DNA from: Promethearchaeota archaeon
GTDB taxonomy: Archaea; Asgardarchaeota; Lokiarchaeia; Sigyniarchaeales; SOKP01
NCBI GenBank assembly: GCA_016840085.1
Contig: JAEOTA010000004.1
Span: 15,809-79,808, forward strand
Length of the DNA stretch: 64,000 bases
Reading direction: 5' to 3'
Below are positions 20,172 to 29,681 of this stretch, piece after piece. The notes under the pieces were generated by a model that was not told the origin of the DNA, made no database searches, and saw only the letters and a list, made by a program, of their open reading frames with translations. The position numbers and the translations under genes were made by a program. How positions within the stretch are numbered: position 1 is the first letter of the stretch; each line of letters starts with the position of its first letter.

Positions 20172-20284
20172 TAAATACGACTAAATTACTGAATTAATTT
20201 TTTTCTATTTAATTTATTGAAATATTCTAAAATTATTAAGAATTCACTCATTGGAAATTAATATATCTTTAAAGTCTTATTTTT

Positions 20285-21607
20285 TTAAAAAATCAGAAAA
20301 TTTGTATATAATTTTAACTCATCTAGGACAAAATGAGTAAAAGTGTCTTCGATTTCTTCTGTTAGATAAAGTTGTCTTATGAAATTTCCATATTCCTCTA
20401 TTTTCTTTACACGAACAATAGCTAATAAACCATATTGTTCGCCTATCCGAAAAAGATCAGTAATGTTTTTGTTATTTTCTAATTTGAAGGCAAGTTCATT
20501 GTATTTGGATGGATCTTTTGGTTTAATTCGGAGTATATACTTACCTTTAAAACCTATTTCTTTCGGAGAGAAATCAACTGTGTAATTTAGAATTACACCT
20601 TGACGTTCAAGTTTTTTAATTCTATTATGTATCGTTGATTGTGATATTTCATCATTATGTTGTTCCTTAAAGATTTTTTTTATTTCGTATGTTGATATTG
20701 GTTTAAGTCCTTGCCCATCCCGCAAAATTTTTAATATTTTATAATCAATATTGTCTATTTTAAGATTTAGATCGATGTTTTTCTTATCTATTTTTATCCC
20801 AATCTTCCTTATAGCTTTAATTATCTTATTTATTACGTGTTCAGCGTCTGTAGTCTCTCTTAAACCGCTTACAATTATTTTACCATTTGAAGAAATTAAA
20901 ATGGTTGTGTTAATTTTTTCAAGCTTCATAACAATACCCGGAAATTTCTTGGGATTATATTTAATATCCATATGATTTCGACCGATCAGATTTAAATCAA
21001 TTTTCTCTGCAAGTTCTACCTCTGCATTCTCAATTATATAATCTGAATTAGTATCATAATCTTTTTTCTTTTTCAATATGAAATTTAATTGTTCTACGAG
21101 CTCCTCTTCAAAAGTCATATTTAAGCTCCTTAAGCTAATTCCATTTGTTTTAAACACCTTAATGGTTTCAATGATCTGATATTTTTTAAAATATGATCGC
21201 GCCATAATTTTATCAATTGTATTTAATATCTGATAATATTCCTCGGGGGATTTAAAGATAAATAAGGCGAATAGAGAAAATTCTCCAAAAATACCATCTA
21301 ACATTTTTATCTGGGGGATATTCAGCAATTCCTCAACAAGTTCAGGCTCTTTTGGGTTAGTTTTAATTTCAAGCATGACATATTTTAGATTATTCGGCCT
21401 AAGATTTGGATTAATATTAATTGTAAAATTAGTAATTATTTTTCGATCCCTTAAATTATCAAGCTTGTTTTGATATGTTTGTCTAGAGATACCTATCGCA
21501 CGGGAATTTTTTGAAATAATAAATTTGGTTTTTCCACTTAAATTTTTTATAAAACGCTGGACTTCTACTCGATCTTTATTATTGTTCATAATATAACAGT
21601 TTTGCAT
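20285..21607 (-). CDS. chimeric regulator: Lrp/AsnC module, single TBP-fold repeat, Lrp/AsnC module
   Basis: The N- and C-terminal thirds each have an HTH plus RAM-like domain. The middle reads IENAEVELAEKIDLNLIGRNHMDIKYNPKKFPGIVMKLEKINTTILISSNGKIIVSGLRETTDAEHVINKII. This aligns with one TBP repeat (IENIVAS..KYNPEEFPGIICHL..LLIFSSGKLVVTGAKS). Confidence 0.7.
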   Translation of the reverse strand: MQNCYIMNNNKDRVEVQRFIKNLSGKTKFIISKNSRAIGISRQTYQNKLDNLRDRKIITNFTININPNLRPNNLKYVMLEIKTNPKEPELVEELLNIPQIKMLDGIFGEFSLFALFIFKSPEEYYQILNTIDKIMARSYFKKYQIIETIKVFKTNGISLRSLNMTFEEELVEQLNFILKKKKDYDTNSDYIIENAEVELAEKIDLNLIGRNHMDIKYNPKKFPGIVMKLEKINTTILISSNGKIIVSGLRETTDAEHVINKIIKAIRKIGIKIDKKNIDLNLKIDNIDYKILKILRDGQGLKPISTYEIKKIFKEQHNDEISQSTIHNRIKKLERQGVILNYTVDFSPKEIGFKGKYILRIKPKDPSKYNELAFKLENNKNITDLFRIGEQYGLLAIVRVKKIEEYGNFIRQLYLTEEIEDTFTHFVLDELKLYTNFLIF

Positions 21608-21727
21608 TTTCTTTTAGAAATATTAATTATATGTAAAACCTATTATAAAAATATTTGCACTTAACCAAAAATAGCTTTATTAATTAATTAAAATTATAAA
21701 GTTTATAACAATAAAAGTGAATTTTAA

Positions 21728-22996
21728 ATGGTAAATTATAAAGTTGCCGATGAAAGTTTAGCAGAAAAAGGAAAGGAAGCACTATATATTGCAGAAAATA
21801 AAATGCCTGTAACCGCGAAAGTTCTGAGAGATCGTTTTGCTAAAGAAAAACCATTGGAAGGTATCACAATAGCAGGCTGCCTTCATGTAACAAAAGAAAC
21901 AGGTAATTTGGCTCGCACTTTAAAAGCTGGAGGTGCTGAAGTATATTTATGTGGGAGTAATCCTCTCTCAACTCAAGATGATGTTACGGCTGCTCTGGTT
22001 CAGGAAGGAATAAATGTATTCGCATGGCATGGTAATACAGATGAGGAATTCTATTGGTGTATTCGTGAGTGTCTTAAGGCTAAACCCAATATCCTAATTG
22101 ATGATGGTGCCGATATGATTGTTACTGCGCATCAAGAGTTTGAAGATTTGATAAAATCGGGCACTATTATAGCATGCCAAGAGGAAACTACTACGGGTGT
22201 TAAAAGATTTAGAGCGATGGAAAAGCAAGGAAAATTGAAGATACCTTTATTTCCTGTCAATGATGCTAGATGTAAGAATCAATTTGATAACGAGCTTGGA
22301 ACGGGACAAGGAATTGTTTCTGCGATTTATGGAATGCATATTCTTTTTGCGGGTAAGGTTTGTGTGATTAGTGGATATGGACACTGTTCATCTGGAATGG
22401 CACTAAGAGCAAGGGGTCTTGGTGCTAACGTGGTTGTCACTGAAGTTGATCCGATTAAAGCACTTCAAGCTAAATTTGCAGGATATCAAGTTATGCCTAT
22501 AGCAGAAGCTCTACCAATTGCTGATATAATCCTAACAGCGACAGGGTGCAAACACGTGATTGCTCCGACAAAAGAGATGTTCAATAAGTTAAAAGACGGA
22601 GTAATTCTTGGTAATCTTGGACATTTTGACATTGAAATTCCAACCAAGGAATTATACGAATACGCAAAATGGATAAAACCTATTCGTTCTAATGTGGAAG
22701 AATTGACCTTTCCTGATGGCAAAAGAGTTTATCTACTCGCCAAAGGGAGATTAGCTAACCTTGTTTTATCTGAGGGACACCCCAGTGAGATCATGGATAT
22801 GTCTTTTGCCCTTCAATCCTTAATGTCGGAATATATTGTAAAAAATAAAGATTCCCTAAAACCAGGTATGCTTGAGGTTCCAACTGATATTGATGATAAA
22901 GTTGGTTTTCTAAAACTTAAAGCTATGGGTGTTGAGATTGATACCTTAACAACGGAACAATATAATTACATACACGGTTATGAAGAAGGAACTTAA
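21728..22996 (+). CDS. ahcY: adenosylhomocysteinase (archaeal type)
   Basis: 422 aa with CLHVTKETGNLARTLKAGGAEV and the NAD-binding GYGHCSSG motif. Confidence 0.95.
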   Translation: MVNYKVADESLAEKGKEALYIAENKMPVTAKVLRDRFAKEKPLEGITIAGCLHVTKETGNLARTLKAGGAEVYLCGSNPLSTQDDVTAALVQEGINVFAWHGNTDEEFYWCIRECLKAKPNILIDDGADMIVTAHQEFEDLIKSGTIIACQEETTTGVKRFRAMEKQGKLKIPLFPVNDARCKNQFDNELGTGQGIVSAIYGMHILFAGKVCVISGYGHCSSGMALRARGLGANVVVTEVDPIKALQAKFAGYQVMPIAEALPIADIILTATGCKHVIAPTKEMFNKLKDGVILGNLGHFDIEIPTKELYEYAKWIKPIRSNVEELTFPDGKRVYLLAKGRLANLVLSEGHPSEIMDMSFALQSLMSEYIVKNKDSLKPGMLEVPTDIDDKVGFLKLKAMGVEIDTLTTEQYNYIHGYEEGT

Positions 22997-23225
22997 TTTT
23001 TATTTTATTTTTTTTTTACCTGCTGTTCACCCTGATCAATATGAAGGATCTGGTCTTTAAATCTCCCATTCACTACACCATTTTTTAACATAACCAGTTG
23101 ATTTATTTTACATTTTGGTAATATTATTTAATGGCATATTCCATACTCAAATAAAAAATCAGAATAAAATTTTAAGTCTTTACCTTTCTTTCAATTACCT
23201 CTTCTTTTTTAAAGGTAATATTGTC

Positions 23226-23366
23226 TTAAACAAGACTTAATTCTTTACGTAAGTTATCGGCCAGGTCTCCTAATCTATTAGCTGTAGCTTTAACCTCTTC
23301 CATTGATGCACTTTGTTGTTCTGTAGCAGAATTTATTTTCTTTATTGAAGAATGAGACGCTTTAAA
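23226..23366 (-). pseudogene. C-terminal relic of a methyl-accepting chemotaxis protein signalling domain
   Basis: The minus frame reads ASHSSIKKINSATEQQSASMEEVKATANRLGDLADNLRKELSLV*, matching the conserved MCP end (..EQSAS.EEV.A..EEL..LA..L). It has no start codon and no upstream domain. Confidence 0.55.
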
Positions 23367-23401
23367 TAAATAACTAAAAAAAGTATTAAAAAAGTTATTC
23401 T

Positions 23402-25018
23402 TTATTCAATTCTTTTAAGTTTTCTTAACCCGAATATAAAGATGGGAATAGCTATTAATGCTTGAATACCATTAAACCCTGCTAAGAATTCATAAATCGC
23501 CCAATTTGAAGTAGGGGGTTCCGTAAATAGTGCGGCGATTAAAAAGATAAAACCTATGAACTGTCCCATTTGAATTGCTACGGTTATAAACATATTCCCT
23601 CCCATATTTTTTCCTTTTTCTTCAAACGCAGGACGAAAACATTGTACTCCAATTGTTATAACGATTGCAAATATAGCAGAAAATAAAAAAGCGACAAAAG
23701 AAGATAGTATATCTATGAATTCAAATTCTAAAATGATACTGAGCGCAATTGTGAGTCCTATATCCATTAGAATTATTAATATTACCAGCGAAAACAAATA
23801 AGAATAGACCAGCCCGTTGACAGACCTAGGGGATTTCTTATATACCCAAAGTAGATCCTTAGAACCTACAAAGATATAACTCCCAAATATAATACTCAAT
23901 ATAAATCCACCCATAAAGGTTCTTATTAATCTATATACTGCTGTAGTTATAAATTGACCACCCCCCATTTCAGGCACTATTAAGGGATACACAATACCGA
24001 AAAAAGCAATGATTCCTATTGCGTAGACGAGTTTAGAAATATTTTCTTTTTTACGAAAGAATCCTTTAAATTGAACGATGACTAATCCTTCCCATTTTTT
24101 CCCGATAAACATCCTAAAAAATCCATATAGTTTACTCTCTTCTTCGATAATCGTAGCACCTTTTTCAGTACCCCCTTCTAGGCTATAAAAAGTATTTGCT
24201 TTCTTATATGAAAGATATAATACAAATAATGTTATGATAATAACTAATCCAATATTCATCCAAATATTTAGTATATAAGATTCCAAAAGCGATGGCTCTA
24301 AGATATAAACAGCTATACTTGAAAACCAATATGCTGGATAAATAGAAAGCCAATTCTTAAGTTCTGGATGCTCTAGCAAATATTTAAAGAAATATTGTAA
24401 ACTATAGATAAGGGCGACCATTCCTATAGATATTATCATGAGCAGAACCTTGGCAAGATCTCGATATTTTTCCGAATCGGCGATTTTATGTTCGATCCAA
24501 GAAGATAGTATAGACCCTAACAACAATGCAAATAAACACATTCCAAAAACGTCAGTATAAATTACCAAAGTTTGTATGAAGGTTAGATCTATAAGGGGAT
24601 TGATGAGACCTACAATGGCAGGAGTAAGCCCAAGAACAAACAATAGCATAAACGGTAATTTTCCCACAAATTCTCCAAAAAAGATATCTCCCGCGGTTAT
24701 AGGGGCTGCTAAAATCATCTCTTTATGACCAATCTCTGTTTGCCTATAGATAAAATTAAGCGGGTAGAGTATTATAATTATAAAGAATATCATAAGCATA
24801 TACTCAATGATTAACGCAACCGCAGGAACAATAATTGGTTTAAACTCCTCACTTTGAGCTAAAGTCGGCATAAAAGAATCAAATAATAATGGTGCTAAAA
24901 TAAATCCCCATATCAATAACACACCATAGAGAATTACAAAAAAAAGCAGGCGATGTCTTCGAAATTTACTAGTTCTCCTTTTAAGTTCATTTTTTGCAAT
25001 TACTTTCCATAAACCCAT
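23402..25018 (-). CDS. multi-pass membrane protein, putative ABC-2-like permease
   Basis: 538 aa with about 12 hydrophobic segments. Lies directly downstream of an ABC ATPase gene. Confidence 0.6.
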   Translation of the reverse strand: MGLWKVIAKNELKRRTSKFRRHRLLFFVILYGVLLIWGFILAPLLFDSFMPTLAQSEEFKPIIVPAVALIIEYMLMIFFIIIILYPLNFIYRQTEIGHKEMILAAPITAGDIFFGEFVGKLPFMLLFVLGLTPAIVGLINPLIDLTFIQTLVIYTDVFGMCLFALLLGSILSSWIEHKIADSEKYRDLAKVLLMIISIGMVALIYSLQYFFKYLLEHPELKNWLSIYPAYWFSSIAVYILEPSLLESYILNIWMNIGLVIIITLFVLYLSYKKANTFYSLEGGTEKGATIIEEESKLYGFFRMFIGKKWEGLVIVQFKGFFRKKENISKLVYAIGIIAFFGIVYPLIVPEMGGGQFITTAVYRLIRTFMGGFILSIIFGSYIFVGSKDLLWVYKKSPRSVNGLVYSYLFSLVILIILMDIGLTIALSIILEFEFIDILSSFVAFLFSAIFAIVITIGVQCFRPAFEEKGKNMGGNMFITVAIQMGQFIGFIFLIAALFTEPPTSNWAIYEFLAGFNGIQALIAIPIFIFGLRKLKRIE

Positions 25019-25041
25019 TGTGAGAAATACCTCTTTTTATC

Positions 25042-25854
25042 TTATTTTTTCTGCTTTTTTTTTTTAGGAATATGGTTATTCATGTTTTTCTCGTCTCGCC
25101 ACGCAAGTAGATCATCAATATGAGTTGCCCCAATTATTTTTAGATACGCATCTTCTAAATCTTTTGCACTCTGGGACTCAATGATCTCTTTAGGTTTTCC
25201 TTGTACCTTGAGCGCACCCTTATCGATTATACCAATTTTGTCGCACAATTCTTCCGCAGCATCTAATAAGTGCGTGCAAATGAAGATTGTCTTATCTGCT
25301 TTTTTCGCAAGCACAGAAATGAGGTCTTTTACCATTCTTGCTGCTGCAGGATCTAAATTCGAGGTAGGTTCATCGAGAAATATTATTTTAGGGTCTTGAA
25401 TCAATGCCGCACATAGACATACTTTCTGTTTCATCCCCCGTGAATACCCCTCTAATAGGTCATTTTCACGCCCTTCCAAATCAAAAATATCCAGTAGTTC
25501 GTTAACTCTAGACGCAATCCTGTCTTCAGGAAGATAATATAATTCTCCTATAAATTCTAAGAATTCCTTTGCGGTTAGCTTCTGGTATAATCCAGGTGAT
25601 TCTGGCAAGAATCCGCAGATCATTTTCACATCGCGACTTTGGGTTATAATATCAAAACCTCCCACCGTTGCGGTTCCCGCAGTAGGTCTTATGATTGCGT
25701 TCAACATCCTAACAGTAGTCGTTTTCCCTGCTCCATTAGGTCCTAATAGTCCATAAGTCTGACCAAATGGAATCTCTAAATTTAATTCATCCACAGCCAC
25801 CACATTTCCAAAAACTTTTACAAGATTCGTGGTTTTTACCGCAAAATTATTCAT
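25042..25854 (-). CDS. ABC transporter ATP-binding protein
   Basis: GPNGAGKTT, YSRGMKQK, IIFLDEPT. I prefer the ATG at 25854, which is preceded by GGAGGAG, over the track's TTG at 25914. Confidence 0.85.
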   Translation of the reverse strand: MNNFAVKTTNLVKVFGNVVAVDELNLEIPFGQTYGLLGPNGAGKTTTVRMLNAIIRPTAGTATVGGFDIITQSRDVKMICGFLPESPGLYQKLTAKEFLEFIGELYYLPEDRIASRVNELLDIFDLEGRENDLLEGYSRGMKQKVCLCAALIQDPKIIFLDEPTSNLDPAAARMVKDLISVLAKKADKTIFICTHLLDAAEELCDKIGIIDKGALKVQGKPKEIIESQSAKDLEDAYLKIIGATHIDDLLAWRDEKNMNNHIPKKKKQKK

Positions 25855-26044
25855 TTTTGTTTTTTCTCCTCCTCTTTCAATATTATTATCTTCTTTGATT
25901 ACTATTAACCACAATTAACATTTACTAATCACAACTTTATTCTTTAAAATTTAAAGTTAAGCCTTAAAAATTTAGGTAAAGATTAATTTTCTCGTTATAA
26001 AATACGGACAATTCTAGAAAAAATTAATTATCATTTTGAGCAAG

Positions 26045-26417
26045 GGCATTATTCGGTGATTTTGGAGCACAATAAGTCCTGTTTACTATCCATTCAAGCA
26101 CTTGTCCAAAAACGCTACTTAAAACAACATTTAATCCAATTCGTATTATATGTTTGTTAGCTAAGGGAAGATTAGCAAATTTAGTTTTATCCGAAGGACA
26201 TCCTAGTGAAGTTATGGATATGTCATTCGCTCTTCAATCTTTAATGTCTGAATATATAGTCAAAAATAAAGATTTATTAAAACCAGGCATTATTGAAGTA
26301 CCTGCTGATATTGATAACAAGGTTGGCTTTTTAAAACTTCAATCCATGGGTATAGAAATTGATGCCTTAACTGAAGAGCAATATAATTATATCCACGGGT
26401 ACGAGGAAGGTACTTAA
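26045..26417 (+). pseudogene. diverged 3' relic of a second adenosylhomocysteinase gene
   Basis: 26154..26417 encodes the last 86 aa of AhcY, with about 75/86 residues identical to 22739..22996 by hand alignment and many synonymous differences. Weaker frameshifted similarity (GIIxGxxG, NPIR) extends back to about 26045. Confidence 0.8.
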
Positions 26418-26484
26418 TTACAAAAATACCTAATTTCAATTTTTTTTTTGTCTAGTTTTTAAAATTAGCAAATAGATTTTTCTT

Positions 26485-27516
26485 TTATATTTTTGGATAT
26501 AGAATATCTTTAACATTTACTTCTCCGTATATTTCAAAGGCAAGTTTTCTTAAACCCTCTAATCCAATCGGTTCCTCGATAAGTTTATCAGATTGCCAAA
26601 TTTTGATCTGTTGAAATTCATTTTTAATTTCTTTTAAATAATTTTTTTGTAAAGAGTGTATTTTTCCACAGAAATTACACGTCTTAGCATGTTCTTTGGG
26701 AATTAACATGTTTATATGAACTGCCTCTAAATTAATATACCGCTTTGTTAAATCTCTAGCTCTTTTAATTTCTTCAAAACTTGGTTTTTCAGCAATAGTT
26801 ACAAGTCTAAGTGAACCTATATTGTGAATTAATTCAGAAATTCGTTCTCCTCGTTTTTCGAGATCTACTATCATATTGAATATTTCTCTTCCTAATTCCT
26901 TTCTTTCTTTATAATCATCAAAAGGTTTCGTAATATTTCTCCACATCTTTGAAACATTTCTAATAGCTCCTTTAATAGAGTTATAAAAGTTCAAGGAATA
27001 TTTCAATACAACCTTAACTTGATCTTCTGGAATTTCAAAAAGTGTAATCATATTAGCAGTAGGAGGAAAATCAGCTATGATAATATCAAATTGCACATTT
27101 TGACTGTTCGTTTCTTCTGCATCTAAAATTTTCTGAAAAAACATAGCGTTCTTAAGTGCTAATGGAATAGAATCTGCTGTAAAAGTTGTGTCTATAAATT
27201 TCTCAACTTGAGGAATTAAACCTACAATTGGCATTTTCTTCATTAAAGTTTTCATTTTATCTATTAAATCAGTTGTATATTCTTCAGCATAGATATTAGC
27301 ATCTGGTTCAATACCCCAAAGATTATTTGTGAGAGGTGTTAATTTGTTTCCAATCTCCTGTTCAAATAGATCACTAAGATTATGTGCCATATCAAATGAA
27401 ATAAGAAGAAAGTTTTTATCTGGAAGGAGATCTGATAATCTTACAGCTGTTGCTGCACTTATTGTGCTCTTTCCTACCCCTCCTTTTCCCCCAAGGACTA
27501 ATATAGCTTCTAACAC
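26485..27516 (-). CDS. ArsA/Get3-family P-loop ATPase
   Basis: Deviant Walker A GGKGGVGKST, DMAHNLSD (equivalent to the DPAHSL switch motif), and CNFCGK near the C-terminus. Confidence 0.75.
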   Translation of the reverse strand: MLEAILVLGGKGGVGKSTISAATAVRLSDLLPDKNFLLISFDMAHNLSDLFEQEIGNKLTPLTNNLWGIEPDANIYAEEYTTDLIDKMKTLMKKMPIVGLIPQVEKFIDTTFTADSIPLALKNAMFFQKILDAEETNSQNVQFDIIIADFPPTANMITLFEIPEDQVKVVLKYSLNFYNSIKGAIRNVSKMWRNITKPFDDYKERKELGREIFNMIVDLEKRGERISELIHNIGSLRLVTIAEKPSFEEIKRARDLTKRYINLEAVHINMLIPKEHAKTCNFCGKIHSLQKNYLKEIKNEFQQIKIWQSDKLIEEPIGLEGLRKLAFEIYGEVNVKDILYPKI

Positions 27517-28019
27517 AAATAATCAAAACATAAAATTAAAATTTATATATCAAAGATAAATATGAAATAAAAAACTAATCAAATATTTAATATTGTTTCG
27601 TATGAATTTGTCTTTTTGTCATGAAATTCGAAAATTAGCAAAAAATAAATTGAAGAATTAATTAAATTAATTAATAAATATTTTGTACAATTTCATGAAT
27701 ATATTATAATAAAAATTATTAATATCATTCATTAAATTATCAATCAAATTAATCAATCATATTAACACATCAAAAATATAAAACTTACAAATAAAGTTAT
27801 TAAAGAATTTTATCAATTAAATAAATTAAAATTATTATTCAGACTTATAAAACAAATAAGAAGTAGGTTCATAATTCAAGCTTAATAAAAATTCATAATC
27901 TTATCTCAATAGATTTAATATTTAAGATAGTAATTAGAAATAATTAGTTTAACGTTATTTCTACTTCAAATGGTTATTTACTACTTCTATTATATAGGTC
28001 TGCCTTAGATTTTAATTTA

Positions 28020-29243
28020 ATGAACAAATCAAAAAGGTATAATATAATAAAAAAGGAAGTGATAAAGATTACAGATCAATCAGATTTTACTACGAAATAT
28101 ATTATAGAAGTTAAATTCAACATTAAAGGTGTTGTTGAGAAATCAGATATAGTTGGAGCAATTTTTGGGCAAACTGAGGGGCTCCTCTTAGACCTTGATT
28201 TGAGAGACTTACAAAAGTCAGGACGAATAGGAAGAATAGAAGTAGAAAATGAAGCACAAGAAGGAATTTCTACGGGAATTATTAAAATCCCCTCTAGCCT
28301 TACGCGACGTGAAACAGCATTATTAGCTGCGACTGTAGAAACTGTTTCCCGCGTTGGTCCATGTGAAGCTGAGCTTACTCTTATTGAAATTCGTGATGTT
28401 CGTGAAAGAAAACGAAAAAAGATAATAGAAAGAGCAGCTGAGCTTTTAAAAGAATGGGATCAAAAATCTTTAGAACAGAGTGAAATAGAAGAAAAAATAG
28501 ATACAGATATTAAACTAGGTGAAATAATTTCATGGGGTTCTGAAAAACTCCCAGCAGGTCCCGAAGTAGAAAGTGATCAAGATCTTATCATTGTTGAGGG
28601 ACGCGCTGATGTGTTAAACTTACTACGGATAGGTATTAAAAATACTATAGCAGTTCAAGGAACTCAAATTCCTAAGTCAGTTATTAAATTAACTAAGAAT
28701 AAAGACACGGTTACTGCCTTTTTAGATGGTGATAGAGGAGGTACAATTATTCTAAAAGAACTCATGCAAGTTGCAAAAATTGACTATGTTGCTAGGGCTC
28801 CCAATGGGTATGAAGTAGAAGAATTAACAAGAAAACAAATGATTAAAGCTTTACAAAACAAGAGACCCGCAAAAACATATAAAGAATCGGAAGGAGACTA
28901 CTTAGATAAAAAAAGATATGATAAAATGGAGGATAAACTACAAAAAACTTTAAAGAAGTTTAAAATAAAGAATGAATCTGAACTAATTGAAATAATTAAT
29001 ACTATTGAAACAGGGCATGGTATTGGATTAAATAAAAATCTAGAGAAATTGTTTGATATCCCCGTTGGTGAAATTTTCGAAAAAATTAGAAATTATAAAG
29101 AGGTACAGTTTCTAATAATTGATGGGATATTAACTAAACGTCTTCTTTCACTTTCTATGAATCTGAAAGTAAAATTTATAGCATGTAAAAATAAAGAAGA
29201 TAAGTTAATTGTTCCTGAAAATATAATTGTTTATTTATTCTAA
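28020..29243 (+). CDS. dnaG: archaeal DnaG primase (Toprim)
   Basis: YIIEVKFNIKGVVEKSDIVGAIFGQTEGLL N-terminal domain plus the Toprim segment IIVEGRADVLNLL...DGDRGG. Confidence 0.9.
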   Translation: MNKSKRYNIIKKEVIKITDQSDFTTKYIIEVKFNIKGVVEKSDIVGAIFGQTEGLLLDLDLRDLQKSGRIGRIEVENEAQEGISTGIIKIPSSLTRRETALLAATVETVSRVGPCEAELTLIEIRDVRERKRKKIIERAAELLKEWDQKSLEQSEIEEKIDTDIKLGEIISWGSEKLPAGPEVESDQDLIIVEGRADVLNLLRIGIKNTIAVQGTQIPKSVIKLTKNKDTVTAFLDGDRGGTIILKELMQVAKIDYVARAPNGYEVEELTRKQMIKALQNKRPAKTYKESEGDYLDKKRYDKMEDKLQKTLKKFKIKNESELIEIINTIETGHGIGLNKNLEKLFDIPVGEIFEKIRNYKEVQFLIIDGILTKRLLSLSMNLKVKFIACKNKEDKLIVPENIIVYLF

Positions 29244-29281
29244 GTTTGAATGCTCTTTATTATTGTTCTTCACTATTAATA

Positions 29282-29521
29282 TTAACCAATTGGAAGGGCA
29301 ACAGAAAAGATAAGCTGTATTACATAAGAAAGAGCGCCTAAAAGTAGGATTCCGATTCCACAAATCTTAAAAACCAAAAAATATTCTTTTTTATCGGGCT
29401 TGTTCGCAATTTTCATAATTCTTTTTGAATTCTGGTAAAACAGACTTAATCTTTCATAAAGAGTTAGTTTCTTACTTTTTCCTTTTCTTTGGTATTTTTC
29501 ATATTTCGGATAGCTTGACAT
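29282..29521 (-). CDS. secE: preprotein translocase SecE / Sec61 gamma
   Basis: NKPDKKEYFLVFKICGIGILLLGALSYVIQ matches the archaeal SecE KKPTKDEY...GxxGYxI pattern, with a single C-terminal TM segment. Confidence 0.7.
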   Translation of the reverse strand: MSSYPKYEKYQRKGKSKKLTLYERLSLFYQNSKRIMKIANKPDKKEYFLVFKICGIGILLLGALSYVIQLIFSVALPIG

Positions 29522-29681
29522 CCTTTTGAATTCTCACTAACAATATAATCTTTATATATAAAATTAAGGAACTTTTTTTAAATTATCGTTATAAAAATAT
29601 TGATTATATAATATCAAGTATCTTTGATACAAATAATTCTCTATCAAACGTTTAAAGATCAATAAATCTATAAATTATAAT

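Noticed and set aside
26154-26417. 87-aa ORF as an independent small gene
   Set aside because: It is simply the C-terminal 86 residues of AhcY with a fortuitous TTG, and degraded ahcY similarity continues upstream. Called a pseudogene relic.
27517-28019. 500-nt extremely AT-rich divergent spacer upstream of dnaG as a replication origin
   Set aside because: There is no adjacent orc1/cdc6 gene and no recognisable ORB-like inverted repeats. AT-richness is the norm for spacers in this genome, so it most likely holds two divergent promoters.
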